From Eubacteriales bacterium (GTDB lineage: Bacteria; Bacillota; Clostridia; Saccharofermentanales; UBA5734): 64,000 nucleotides of DNA. How positions within the stretch are numbered: position 1 is the first letter of the stretch; each line of letters begins with the position of its first letter. Shown one piece after another: positions 18,951 to 27,937 of the stretch. The notes under the pieces are model-generated. The model was given only the letters and a program-made list of their open reading frames with translations, was not told the DNA's origin and did not search any database. Location: the NCBI GenBank assembly GCA_028685755.1, contig JAQUDJ010000001.1, forward strand, positions 113,208 to 177,207, in the 5' to 3' direction. Position numbers and translations under genes: made by a program.

Positions 18951-20072
18951 TTACCTCCTGCCAAAATAACTGTCGCGCATCATCTCCCGGCCTTTGGCGG
19001 CGGGGATGCGATTGCGCAGTAACGTCTGGGCAATGCGGATGTTTTTGATTTCCATTAAACGGGCGATCAAATATGCAACGGGGATTTCCGGTCCGCGCAA
19101 AATGAAACGGGCCAGTTGCAAATGATCGAGGATCAGATGATCGGCGGCTTTCCCAAACTGCGTGGCACTGTTGCGCTGACCAGCAGGCTGGACAAATGGA
19201 ACTAAGGCCGAAAAACGAGTCCCGGCTAAGAATTCAGTCACAGCTTCAGGCTCGGCGTCATAACTTTCAAGTAGTTTTTCGCGATTGAGGCGACCTGCCG
19301 GTAGAAGGGTTTGTTCGAACAATCGTTTCCCAGCTTTTAGCGCTCTAGCTCGCAACAGCACATCGATATTCGTGACATCCGCACGCAGGTGGAGGTAGTT
19401 GAGAAAAAACCGATTGCCGAGATGTTCCGCTCGGTTAATCGCTTCACGAAAGGCGACGCGATCGAGAATTTGGTCGATTTCGGATACATCATAACGGGCC
19501 TGAACCGCCGAAGCGGCTTCGATCGCGGCCTGATAGAGCCACGCAGGGATTAATTCTGGTTGGCGATCACGAATCGAACGGAAGAGTTTTTCAGGTGCTA
19601 TCAGACAAGGCTTGTGCATCTGACTTTCGATCGAAGTAAAGGCGACTGAAGCATTGACCGTTGGTAGTTCCGGGGCGATAAAATCGGTTCGGTTTTCCTG
19701 GCGGGTATACGCTTCAGTTTCATAAACGTCTTCTAAGTTTTCACGTTGTTTCGGCCACCAGGTCGCTAAATATTTTTCGATGACTTTCAAGTTATGGCAG
19801 TCATTGAAAATAAGCAGCGCTTCAACAAATTCGCGGTCAGGCATGAGCTGTGAAATGAGTTCGTAGGTGTTTGCGGTTTCGAGATCCAGTGCGAGTTCCG
19901 GCGATTCAGCCGGATATCCGCTTTCTTGCATGACGCGACTGATTTCTTCTGGCGACCGCGCATCAAACAAACGGTTCATTTTGGAACCGTCCATGAGTTG
20001 GGCCTCTAGCGCACGGATGCGGCCAGATACGTAACCATATCGATTAAGATCGATTTGCGATTTATTTGGCAT
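18951..20072 (-). CDS. ntpC: V-type ATPase subunit C (d-type)
   Basis: Helical subunit of about 373 aa. The start is set at the ATG at 20072, with GGGAG 8 nt upstream. The ORF track extends to 20099. Confidence 0.82.
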   Translation of the reverse strand: MPNKSQIDLNRYGYVSGRIRALEAQLMDGSKMNRLFDARSPEEISRVMQESGYPAESPELALDLETANTYELISQLMPDREFVEALLIFNDCHNLKVIEKYLATWWPKQRENLEDVYETEAYTRQENRTDFIAPELPTVNASVAFTSIESQMHKPCLIAPEKLFRSIRDRQPELIPAWLYQAAIEAASAVQARYDVSEIDQILDRVAFREAINRAEHLGNRFFLNYLHLRADVTNIDVLLRARALKAGKRLFEQTLLPAGRLNREKLLESYDAEPEAVTEFLAGTRFSALVPFVQPAGQRNSATQFGKAADHLILDHLQLARFILRGPEIPVAYLIARLMEIKNIRIAQTLLRNRIPAAKGREMMRDSYFGRR

Positions 20073-20106
20073 ATTCTTGCTCCCTGTTCTCGTGCTCATC
20101 TACTGA

Positions 20107-20682
20107 TTAATCCACGTCAGGGAAAAGAATGCTCGCAGCCAGTGCGGCCAAATGAGGGCGCTGGTTGCGAATGAGCAAATCAAAGGTTAAGTTGTCAACA
20201 ACTTTACCGCGCTGGAGCAATAGGCCACCAGCAAAGGAACCTACGACGGTGTTTAACTCGAATCGTCCGCTGATTTTTTTGAGGAGTTGGGCCACAAGGG
20301 CATGATCCTGTTCATTGGCGGTGATCAAACCGTCTTGTGCACCAAGTGATTCGATCAGGCTTTGATACAGCTCGGACTTGGCCAATGGATCAAGTTTGAC
20401 TAGATGGTCAAGTGCGGCTGAAATTGCTTGGTCGATCAGAAGCTGACGAGCTTCAAGTAAAGCGCGACGATGTTCCATCGCCGCCTGGCTTTTGGCTCGG
20501 TTAATGATAGCTTCTGCTGCAAGGTCAGCTTTAAGCGCGGATTGTTTGGTGATTTCCTCGCACGTGGCATCGGTCTGGCGCTTGATTTCGGCGACCTGTT
20601 CGGCAGCAGACGTCTGAAGCACAGCAGCCCGCTCACGCGCTTCTTTTAAAATGTGTTCAACGATGGCGTTGATTCCATCCAT
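20107..20682 (-). CDS. ntpE: V-type ATPase subunit E
   Basis: 191 aa with a long N-terminal coiled coil. Called partly from operon position. Confidence 0.82.
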   Translation of the reverse strand: MDGINAIVEHILKEARERAAVLQTSAAEQVAEIKRQTDATCEEITKQSALKADLAAEAIINRAKSQAAMEHRRALLEARQLLIDQAISAALDHLVKLDPLAKSELYQSLIESLGAQDGLITANEQDHALVAQLLKKISGRFELNTVVGSFAGGLLLQRGKVVDNLTFDLLIRNQRPHLAALAASILFPDVD

Positions 20683-20733
20683 GAGTTATGGCTCCTTTCA
20701 ATCGGGATTCCCCGGTAAGACTAGAGCAATTAC

Positions 20734-21228
20734 TCAGACAGGCTTGATACTGAGAACAGAGAGGACGGTGGCAAGCAATGCAAGGATCGCGTAGGTTTCG
20801 ACCATCGCGGCCATGACGATCGCTTTGGATTGTTCACCAGGGCGTTTTGCAACTAGTGCCACACCAGCTTCGGAAACGCGACCTTGATAATCAGCGGAGA
20901 ACATGCCAACGAAAGCAATCGGCAGAGCGGCCATGAAATAAGTCAGACCGGTTTGCCAAGAAATGTTAGTGCTGCCAGCCAGTAAGCCGGACGAGTTCAT
21001 GATCATAAACCAAGACAGCAGGCCATAGATACCTTGCGTACCTGGGAGTGCTTGCAGGATTAGGATTTTACCAAATAGGCTCGGATTCTCGGTGAGCACG
21101 CCTGCGGCGACTTCGCCGACTCGGCCTACACCTTTTGCTGAGCCAATACCCGGCAATAGCGCTGCGAGTGCGCCACCTAGTAGTGTCAAACCTGGGCCTA
21201 AGAGACTGATGAGTTCGTTCATGGTCAT
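20734..21228 (-). CDS. ntpK: V-type ATPase proteolipid subunit K (16-kDa, 4-TM c subunit)
   Basis: 164 aa duplicated hairpin. Motifs are ILQALPGTQGIYG, DYQGRV and AAMVETYAIL. Confidence 0.92.
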   Translation of the reverse strand: MTMNELISLLGPGLTLLGGALAALLPGIGSAKGVGRVGEVAAGVLTENPSLFGKILILQALPGTQGIYGLLSWFMIMNSSGLLAGSTNISWQTGLTYFMAALPIAFVGMFSADYQGRVSEAGVALVAKRPGEQSKAIVMAAMVETYAILALLATVLSVLSIKPV

Positions 21229-21248
21229 TTACCTCCTGATAGTTGGAC

Positions 21249-23207
21249 TTATTTTGTACGATCGAACTTGATGAAATGTGAACGTTGCTTCAACGGGTTG
21301 AAAATTTTGCCGCCGCCTTCATAAAATTTGCTGAAAAATTCAACATACTGTAAGCGGCTGGTGTGGACGTATGCGCCCAAGACGGAAAGTGCTAGGTTCA
21401 AGGTGTGTCCGAACAGGGCGACTAGCGTAAACATGATATAGCCAGCTGGTGTCGGTCCCAGCATGAAGCCGAGTAAATTGATGACCATCGCGATAACGCT
21501 GCCCGCTAGAACGAGCGCCAAGATACGGGTATAGGACAGCAAATCGCTGAAATAACCGGTAATGTTGTAAAGCGCGCCTAAGCCTTTGAAAAGACGAACG
21601 ATTGGGTTTTTGGCATCGCGGCCACCAAACAGTAGAATTACCGCTGCGCCACCAAGCGCCATCCATTGACCAATTTGAGCCATCGGCAAGCCAGGTAAGA
21701 TTGAATTCCCGCCAAGTAGCAAACCACCACCAATGATGATCAAATACCAAGGTGCAATATCAAAGATTCCGTCCATGATATGTCCCGTCTTAGCTAGCAT
21801 ATAGATTTTGGCACCCATCGCTGTAAATAAATGGACGGCACCAAAGAGAATACTCCAGATCATCATTTTGATTGGGTCATTCATTGGATTGAACCAAAAA
21901 GAGGGGACGACAACTTGGCCTTGGGTCAAAACAGTCAGCATGTCGCCGAAGAAACCACCGAACAGAACGCCGAAGAAGATCGCGCCGATACCACTTAAAA
22001 AGAGCAATCGAGCCAGTCGCCCCAATTCGCCTTCAGCTTTTTTGACAAAAGCGAGCCAGCCCATCAGGCCAGTCAAGACTAAGCCGTAGCCGATATCTGC
22101 TAACATCATGCCAAAGAAGAAAAAGAAAAACGGGGCAAGGATTGGGGTCGGATCAATGTCCGCGGCCGAGGGCGGTGCATACATTTCAACGATGACTTCA
22201 AATGGCTTGACCAAGGGGTGGTTGTCGAAAAGCACAGGGGGTTCTTCACCATCGATTGGTTGGCGATGCGCAACTGCAACAACAAAGCGGCTTTGTAGCG
22301 CACTGCCCATGTCATCTGCCACATCGGCAGGAACCCAGCCCTGGAGATAAAACGTGCTAGTTGTGCTTGAAAGGTGATGTAACGCGTCAATCTTGTCGCT
22401 GCGCAACAAGAAGAAATCATGTAGCAACTCAAAATCGACGCCCATTGGCACGAGGTTTTGGAGCTCGGTTTCGAGGCGTTCGATCCGGCGCTGATAATCA
22501 TCCTGGCGATTGAAAATTTGATCGAGAATTGCTTGTGGTGTGCCGTCCATGCCTTGTACGGGCAAGAGGTGGAAGCCGTGTTGGCGGAGGTTGCCGTGGA
22601 CGACACTTTCACGGGACTTTAAGGTGGCGATCAATACACGAAAGCTAGCGGCATCCGCACCAATCAATTCAAAATATGTCTCCGGTGCGTCTTCAGGTAT
22701 TGTGGCTTTGAATGCCTCAACGGCCTCAGCAGTTGGGAAGGCCCCGATCAAAATGACCGTTTCTTGCGTCATCATTTCCGCTAAATTAATCTTCAATGAT
22801 CGCCACGGCGCTAAGGTTTCTTGTAAGGTGCGGTCATGTGCAATCAGGGTCTTAATTTCAGCAATTTGCGTTTGGAGATATTCCATTGCTGTCAGCTGTT
22901 CCATGATCGCATGTTCGCGATCGGCAACCGATAGGAATGCTTCAGGTTTGACGAGTCTCGCACCCGTACCTAAATGCTGACTTGCGGGATTGTGGTGACG
23001 GCAATATGCCGCTGCTAACTCGAGACGTGAAATTGCATTGAGGGATAAATAGCCCCGTTCATCGTAAGGTTGCGTTTCAAGCGCAACGTGCTGTGCGCTC
23101 AGTTCATCCATTTCGACCGCGCCTAAACGCATGAGCGCTTCAAGGACGTCGGCTTTTTGTTCGGTTAGGCCCACAAGGGTGAGCCGATGCATTTTAACGA
23201 CCGACAC
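21249..23207 (-). CDS. ntpI: V-type ATPase subunit I (a-type stator/channel)
   Basis: 652 aa with a soluble N-terminal half and a multi-TM C-terminal half (conserved YVHTSRLQYVEFF). Confidence 0.9.
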   Translation of the reverse strand: MSVVKMHRLTLVGLTEQKADVLEALMRLGAVEMDELSAQHVALETQPYDERGYLSLNAISRLELAAAYCRHHNPASQHLGTGARLVKPEAFLSVADREHAIMEQLTAMEYLQTQIAEIKTLIAHDRTLQETLAPWRSLKINLAEMMTQETVILIGAFPTAEAVEAFKATIPEDAPETYFELIGADAASFRVLIATLKSRESVVHGNLRQHGFHLLPVQGMDGTPQAILDQIFNRQDDYQRRIERLETELQNLVPMGVDFELLHDFFLLRSDKIDALHHLSSTTSTFYLQGWVPADVADDMGSALQSRFVVAVAHRQPIDGEEPPVLFDNHPLVKPFEVIVEMYAPPSAADIDPTPILAPFFFFFFGMMLADIGYGLVLTGLMGWLAFVKKAEGELGRLARLLFLSGIGAIFFGVLFGGFFGDMLTVLTQGQVVVPSFWFNPMNDPIKMMIWSILFGAVHLFTAMGAKIYMLAKTGHIMDGIFDIAPWYLIIIGGGLLLGGNSILPGLPMAQIGQWMALGGAAVILLFGGRDAKNPIVRLFKGLGALYNITGYFSDLLSYTRILALVLAGSVIAMVINLLGFMLGPTPAGYIMFTLVALFGHTLNLALSVLGAYVHTSRLQYVEFFSKFYEGGGKIFNPLKQRSHFIKFDRTK

Positions 23208-23523
23208 TGTCGCTCACAATCCTTTCCAAGACGGCTTGAGTAGCTGCGTTGAGACGATTTTGGGCAGCGGCTTGTATCACTTGGGCAGCCTTTTCAGACT
23301 GTGCAGCACTTTGCTTGATCACGTTTTGCGCATCTTGGCGAGCTTGCTCGAGGCGGGCAGATGCGTTTTCGTCTGCCATTTGGCGAGCTTGTGCAATCTG
23401 TTCTACTGCCTGTTGGCGTGATTTGTCCTGATTGAGGCGGCCTGTTTCGATTGTCTGAGTCTGTATGGCTTCAGCCTGAGCTTCAGCCTCGTGAATCTGG
23501 GTTAGAAAGTCCTGATCTGGCAT
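23194..23523 (-). CDS. ntpF: V-type ATPase peripheral-stalk subunit (G/H-like, NtpF position)
   Basis: 109 aa, Gln/Ala-rich single long helix. It is the first gene of the operon. GGAGG lies 9 nt upstream. Confidence 0.7.
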   Translation of the reverse strand: MPDQDFLTQIHEAEAQAEAIQTQTIETGRLNQDKSRQQAVEQIAQARQMADENASARLEQARQDAQNVIKQSAAQSEKAAQVIQAAAQNRLNAATQAVLERIVSDSVGR

Positions 23524-23546
23524 GAGAGACGACCTCCTGTTTCAAG

Positions 23547-23586
23547 GTGCAAACGGATTGAAGTTAACCAATTTAGCCGTTTGCAC
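23547..23586 (-). other. 10-bp stem / 20-nt loop hairpin in the V-ATPase 5' UTR
   Basis: GTGCAAACGG (23547-23556) pairs with CCGTTTGCAC (23577-23586). It lies between the extended -10 and the RBS. Confidence 0.5.
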
Positions 23587-23596
23587 ACCGTTTGAA

Positions 23597-23625
23597 ATTA
23601 TAGCATATGATTTTGTCGAGATGAA
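23597..23625 (-). promoter_or_regulatory. Candidate V-ATPase promoter (extended -10)
   Basis: On the minus strand, TGcTATAAT (23605-23597). The -35 is weak: TTCATC at 17-nt spacing. Confidence 0.45.
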
Positions 23626-23725
23626 CAGAAATGTTGCCAAACACCTCGTAAATATACAACAAATTCACAAATATCTGCAGTTAGCATGATAATATTTTGG
23701 TCACTTTGGGGCGCAAACGTTTTCG

Positions 23726-25462
23726 TCAGCCTGGAATTTCACGCATTTTTCGGGGGATAAGACGACGCGCAACCATCAATAACCCGGAAGTGAGTAATAA
23801 AGGAACAACGACAATCACAGCGATCGTACTCAGAAGATTGAGTTTGAGTATAGCGACAGCCGCAATGAGTATACCGGCGACTACCATCGAACCTAAAATG
23901 ACATAAACGACATTCATATTTTGTTTAACAGCTTTTTGTTCATTATCCCAATGTAGCTTAGGCCAATATAACTCAAAAATGATCCCTGCAAGATTAGGCA
24001 GGAGTAACGCGCCGGGGAAAGTTAAAAGGCATAATCCCATAAACCAGATCGGGAGCGGGATGAAATAGTAAATCATCACAAAGCTCAGTGTTAAGCCTGA
24101 CAGGCCTAATAAAATGCCCACTACTAATTTGGCGGCTATTTGGCGAGTGTAGCTCATCGGTAAAATTTTCATGATGTAAAACTGACTGCCTTCGCGCGAC
24201 AAAGCACTTGATGCGATTCCGTTCGTGCCATTCACAAAAATAGCGAGGCCAAAAACGACCGCTAACAGGATCGGGGCAGCCTGGATGTCCCCATCAATAA
24301 CCAGACGATTAATGAACTGATTCAATTGTTGGAGATCAGGATCAGATGAGCCCGCACTCAGGAGCGGTAAGCCGAGAAATAGCGGCCAGAGAAAGTTCAT
24401 CGCTACATTGTTGATCATAAAAATGGGGGTGCGATACAGCACACGCCAGTCTTTCAATGCATAGGTCCAAAATGCTGCCAGCTGATTGTGTTTGCCTGTT
24501 GCTTGATGCAAGTCCTTTACTGCAGTGAATCCACCTAGTTGTTGACCTAATGCTGTTTTTGATAAGGCTTTGCGACGACTCACTGCTGTTGAAAGGCCGA
24601 TGACGCCTTTGAAATAGAGCGCTTTGCCAAATTTTAAGAGGAGCCAGATTGCAAGGGTTGACAGCCCAATCAGTGATAATAGCCTCATAAAAGCATCAAG
24701 GGGATCGCTTGTGGTCATGATCTGAACAGCCAAAACAGCCCCCGGAAAAGCGGATGCTGTGAGCGTGGCGATTTGATCAGCCCGTTGCGCAAATAGCAAG
24801 GCAAGATCGGCTTTCGGGAGTGAGCCTAAATTGGAAACGGTATATGAAAATGCGAGGGAAAGGATTAACAGGATGGTGCCAGAAATCGCTTTGAAGCGAT
24901 CCTTGTTGCGCGTGAGTGGGGCGAAACGCATCACGATCATGATCAAAAAAACGGCGATTGCCAGAGGGATGACCGGCATAATGAGGTACGTTGTGATGAG
25001 CGTCGGAAAATATAACCACCCAGTGTGATTGAGCACCCCATATACAAGGAGTGGCGGCAATATGAAGCTGGCGGTAAAAAGATAAATATAGGATACTGTG
25101 ACGATTAATTTGGCGATAATAACGGTTTCAGGTTTTAATGGTAACGGCAATATGCGATCGACATCACTCGAATAATAAAAGACGCTCAGTGCGTACATCA
25201 GCCCAAAAATGAATGTGATCATGATGCCAGAACTGATGTATAGCCCCGGAATAAGCGCTGCTAATCCAAGTGGTGAAAGGATCGAAAACAATGCAAAAGC
25301 GGATGCACCGCTAATGCCTGCGAGGTAGCCAAACAAGAGTACCACTAAAAATGTGCTACCGATTTTCCGCCATTTGCTCTTTTCATGTTGAGCATCGCTG
25401 CCAAAACTAAAAAAGCTACTGCCACGGATGATCGTCAAGGCTAATAACCAAGCGTTTTTCAC
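23726..25462 (-). CDS. Large multi-TM permease of an ABC exporter (uncharacterised family, 578 aa)
   Basis: I estimate 12 or more hydrophobic segments. There is a 4-nt overlap with the preceding ABC ATPase. I recognise no catalytic motif. Confidence 0.75.
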   Translation of the reverse strand: MKNAWLLALTIIRGSSFFSFGSDAQHEKSKWRKIGSTFLVVLLFGYLAGISGASAFALFSILSPLGLAALIPGLYISSGIMITFIFGLMYALSVFYYSSDVDRILPLPLKPETVIIAKLIVTVSYIYLFTASFILPPLLVYGVLNHTGWLYFPTLITTYLIMPVIPLAIAVFLIMIVMRFAPLTRNKDRFKAISGTILLILSLAFSYTVSNLGSLPKADLALLFAQRADQIATLTASAFPGAVLAVQIMTTSDPLDAFMRLLSLIGLSTLAIWLLLKFGKALYFKGVIGLSTAVSRRKALSKTALGQQLGGFTAVKDLHQATGKHNQLAAFWTYALKDWRVLYRTPIFMINNVAMNFLWPLFLGLPLLSAGSSDPDLQQLNQFINRLVIDGDIQAAPILLAVVFGLAIFVNGTNGIASSALSREGSQFYIMKILPMSYTRQIAAKLVVGILLGLSGLTLSFVMIYYFIPLPIWFMGLCLLTFPGALLLPNLAGIIFELYWPKLHWDNEQKAVKQNMNVVYVILGSMVVAGILIAAVAILKLNLLSTIAVIVVVPLLLTSGLLMVARRLIPRKMREIPG

Positions 25463-26190
25463 GACTGTTGGTCCTCAACAAGATCAAGAAATATCGATTC
25501 CAACGTTGCGTCTGCTGCAAAATGGCTGCGCAATTCGGTCAATGTACCGAGCGCCCGAATGTGACCGTGATCGATGATCGCGACGCGATCGCAGATTTTC
25601 TCGGCAACGTCGAGGACATGGGTGGAAAAAAAGACAGTTTTGCCAGCATCAGCGTGTTCCCGCATCATAACTTTCAATTCAAAGGCCGCTTTGGGATCAA
25701 GCCCGGTCATCGGTTCATCGAGAATCCAAACGGCTGGCTGATGGATGAGCGCCCCGATGATAATCAGCTTTTGACGCATGCCGTGTGAGAAGCTTTGGAT
25801 CCGATCGCCGAGGGCTTCAGTCAGACCTAAGCGGGCAGCAAGTTTGCTGACGCGTTCGCTGCGCACGGCCGGATCGACCTGATATATATCGCCCATAAAA
25901 CGCAGATATTCGATCGCTTTTAAGCGGGGAAAAATGTTTGGATCATCGGGTACAAAACCAAAGGATTGTTTGGCTAGAATAGGATCACGCACAATATCAT
26001 GGCCATTGACTAAAATAGTGCCTTGATCGGGATCGAGAATACCGGTGATCATTTTAATGGTGGTCGTTTTGCCGGCGCCATTCGGTCCGAGAAAACCGAC
26101 GATCTCACCCGGATTGACCTTGAGATCAATCCCATCCACCGCTTTAATTTTGCTGTTATAGCTTTTACTCACGCCACGAATTTCGATCAT
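25459..26190 (-). CDS. ABC transporter ATP-binding protein (ABC-2/DrrA-like)
   Basis: It has Walker A (GPNGAGKTT), a signature motif (FSHGMRQKL) and Walker B (ILDEP). The ATG at 26190 forms an ATGA overlap with the pheA stop. Confidence 0.92.
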   Translation of the reverse strand: MIEIRGVSKSYNSKIKAVDGIDLKVNPGEIVGFLGPNGAGKTTTIKMITGILDPDQGTILVNGHDIVRDPILAKQSFGFVPDDPNIFPRLKAIEYLRFMGDIYQVDPAVRSERVSKLAARLGLTEALGDRIQSFSHGMRQKLIIIGALIHQPAVWILDEPMTGLDPKAAFELKVMMREHADAGKTVFFSTHVLDVAEKICDRVAIIDHGHIRALGTLTELRSHFAADATLESIFLDLVEDQQS

Positions 26191-27371
26191 AAGGCCCCCG
26201 TTGGCTCTGTTGGATACCAACCTAGTATTTGTAAATAACTCATCTCGCGACTGAGTTGATACAGCGATGCGAGTGCCTGTGGATCATAAGCCGGGCAGTC
26301 AATGTCCAAGTCAAAAAGATAGGACCAGGATTCAGCTGGATTCGCACGGGAATGGATTTTTGACAGACTTAAATTGCGGTCGGAGAACAAGGCTAAGGTT
26401 GCGGCTAATGAACCACTCGCATGCGAGGTCTTTAATACCAAACTCAAGCGATCCGCATCCGGCGTAATAACAAGTTCGCGGCCAACCACGCCAAAGCGGG
26501 TTGCATTTTCGCGAGTATTGCTGATCTGATCATCTAAGACGATCAAGCCATTCGCCGCCGCCGCATCTAAAGAGGCGATCGCCGCTTGGGTCGGATCTCC
26601 AGCTGAGGCAACCGTTGCTGCCGCAAAAGCCGTATTGAGTGATTCGACTGCCTGCCATCCGCGCATACGGATTTTATCTGAACATTGCTGTAAACCTTGA
26701 TTGTGCGAGACCACCGTTTTAATCTGATCGATCGTGGTGCCAGGCACCGCCAATAAGTGATGGTGAATCGGCAGATCAAAAGAGCGCCAGAAATAGAGTT
26801 TGTAGTCTTGGATCAAATGATAGACATCACCGATTGAACCGGCGGTTGAGTTCTCGATCGGTAAAACCGCTGCATCTGCTTCGCCAGTTTTAACGAGGCG
26901 GCAAGCTTCTTCAAACGTTTGTACCGCACGGGCTTCAAGCTGTGGATACAATTTACGGCTCGCTTGTGCTGAGTATGAAGCGGGGGAACCTTGGTGGACG
27001 AGTCGCGTGACAGGCGGTTCGAGCGTTAACGCGTTTTTGATCTGTGCACCGAGTTCAAAATGCTGGTCATCTGGTAATAGTAGATCATATTGAACGCCTC
27101 GAGACAGCCGCATGAGGTTACGTAACAGTTTTTCAGCGCGAATACCATCGGCGCCTTTGATTTGATCGCGTGCGGCAGCGGCGATTTCATCTTCACGCAG
27201 GGGGTCAAAGACAGCCGCTCCGGACACCGCTTTCGTGCGCGCGACATCCCGGGCCAGTTCCATGCGTTCAGCAAACAGCTCGAGCAGGTGGCTGTCGATT
27301 GCGTTGATCCGTTTGCGCAATTGTGGCAAATCCGGCAATGGCCGGCTGTTGTCAGCATCGAGGTTTGCCAT
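26187..27371 (-). CDS. pheA: Bifunctional chorismate mutase / prephenate dehydratase (P-protein)
   Basis: N-terminal CM helix bundle (LRKRINAIDSHLLELFAERMELA), a PDT domain and a C-terminal ACT domain (ESWSYLFDLD). Confidence 0.9.
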   Translation of the reverse strand: MANLDADNSRPLPDLPQLRKRINAIDSHLLELFAERMELARDVARTKAVSGAAVFDPLREDEIAAAARDQIKGADGIRAEKLLRNLMRLSRGVQYDLLLPDDQHFELGAQIKNALTLEPPVTRLVHQGSPASYSAQASRKLYPQLEARAVQTFEEACRLVKTGEADAAVLPIENSTAGSIGDVYHLIQDYKLYFWRSFDLPIHHHLLAVPGTTIDQIKTVVSHNQGLQQCSDKIRMRGWQAVESLNTAFAAATVASAGDPTQAAIASLDAAAANGLIVLDDQISNTRENATRFGVVGRELVITPDADRLSLVLKTSHASGSLAATLALFSDRNLSLSKIHSRANPAESWSYLFDLDIDCPAYDPQALASLYQLSREMSYLQILGWYPTEPTGAL

Positions 27372-27374
27372 GGT

Positions 27375-27920
27375 TTAGTTCTCCTTCTGGACAATCAGTT
27401 GCATTAATTCCTGAGCCCCGACAGGGTAACTTTCCAGACCGAGACCTTTGACCTGACCGGCGCAGACTGAATGAATCACCGAAACCTGACGAAATGATTC
27501 GCGCAGGGCAATATCTGAGATATGAATTTCGTAGACTGGAATACCACAGGCATCGATGGCATCGCGCAGCGCATAACTGTAATGCGTCAAAGCGCCGGCA
27601 TTAAGCAGAATTCCGGCATACCGGCTGGATGCAACTTGGATCAGATCGACGAGGGCGCCTTCATAGTTGGACTGAAAAGCATCGAGTGTAAAGCCGTGAT
27701 CATGTGCCGTAGCTCTAGTCTTGGCTTCGACATCGGCTAAGGTAAACGTACCATATTGAGTCGGATCGCGTTGACCGAGCAAATTAAGATTAGGCCCATT
27801 CAGCATCAAAAGGCTTCGTGCAGGCCCACTGTCAGTGGCTAAAACGAATGGGTCGCGCTGCAAGGTGCGAGCAGCTTCGCTGCGTTGTACCAGTTGCCAA
27901 TCAAAATCAGGATCATGCAT
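27375..27920 (-). CDS. aroQ: Type II 3-dehydroquinate dehydratase with an N-terminal extension of about 37 aa
   Basis: AroQ core (LMLNGPNLNLLGQRDP..YG, HISDI..RE.FR). GGAGG lies 6 nt upstream of the ATG at 27920, which supports the long form. Confidence 0.88.
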   Translation of the reverse strand: MHDPDFDWQLVQRSEAARTLQRDPFVLATDSGPARSLLMLNGPNLNLLGQRDPTQYGTFTLADVEAKTRATAHDHGFTLDAFQSNYEGALVDLIQVASSRYAGILLNAGALTHYSYALRDAIDACGIPVYEIHISDIALRESFRQVSVIHSVCAGQVKGLGLESYPVGAQELMQLIVQKEN

Positions 27921-27937
27921 ATCAGACCTCCGGGCAG

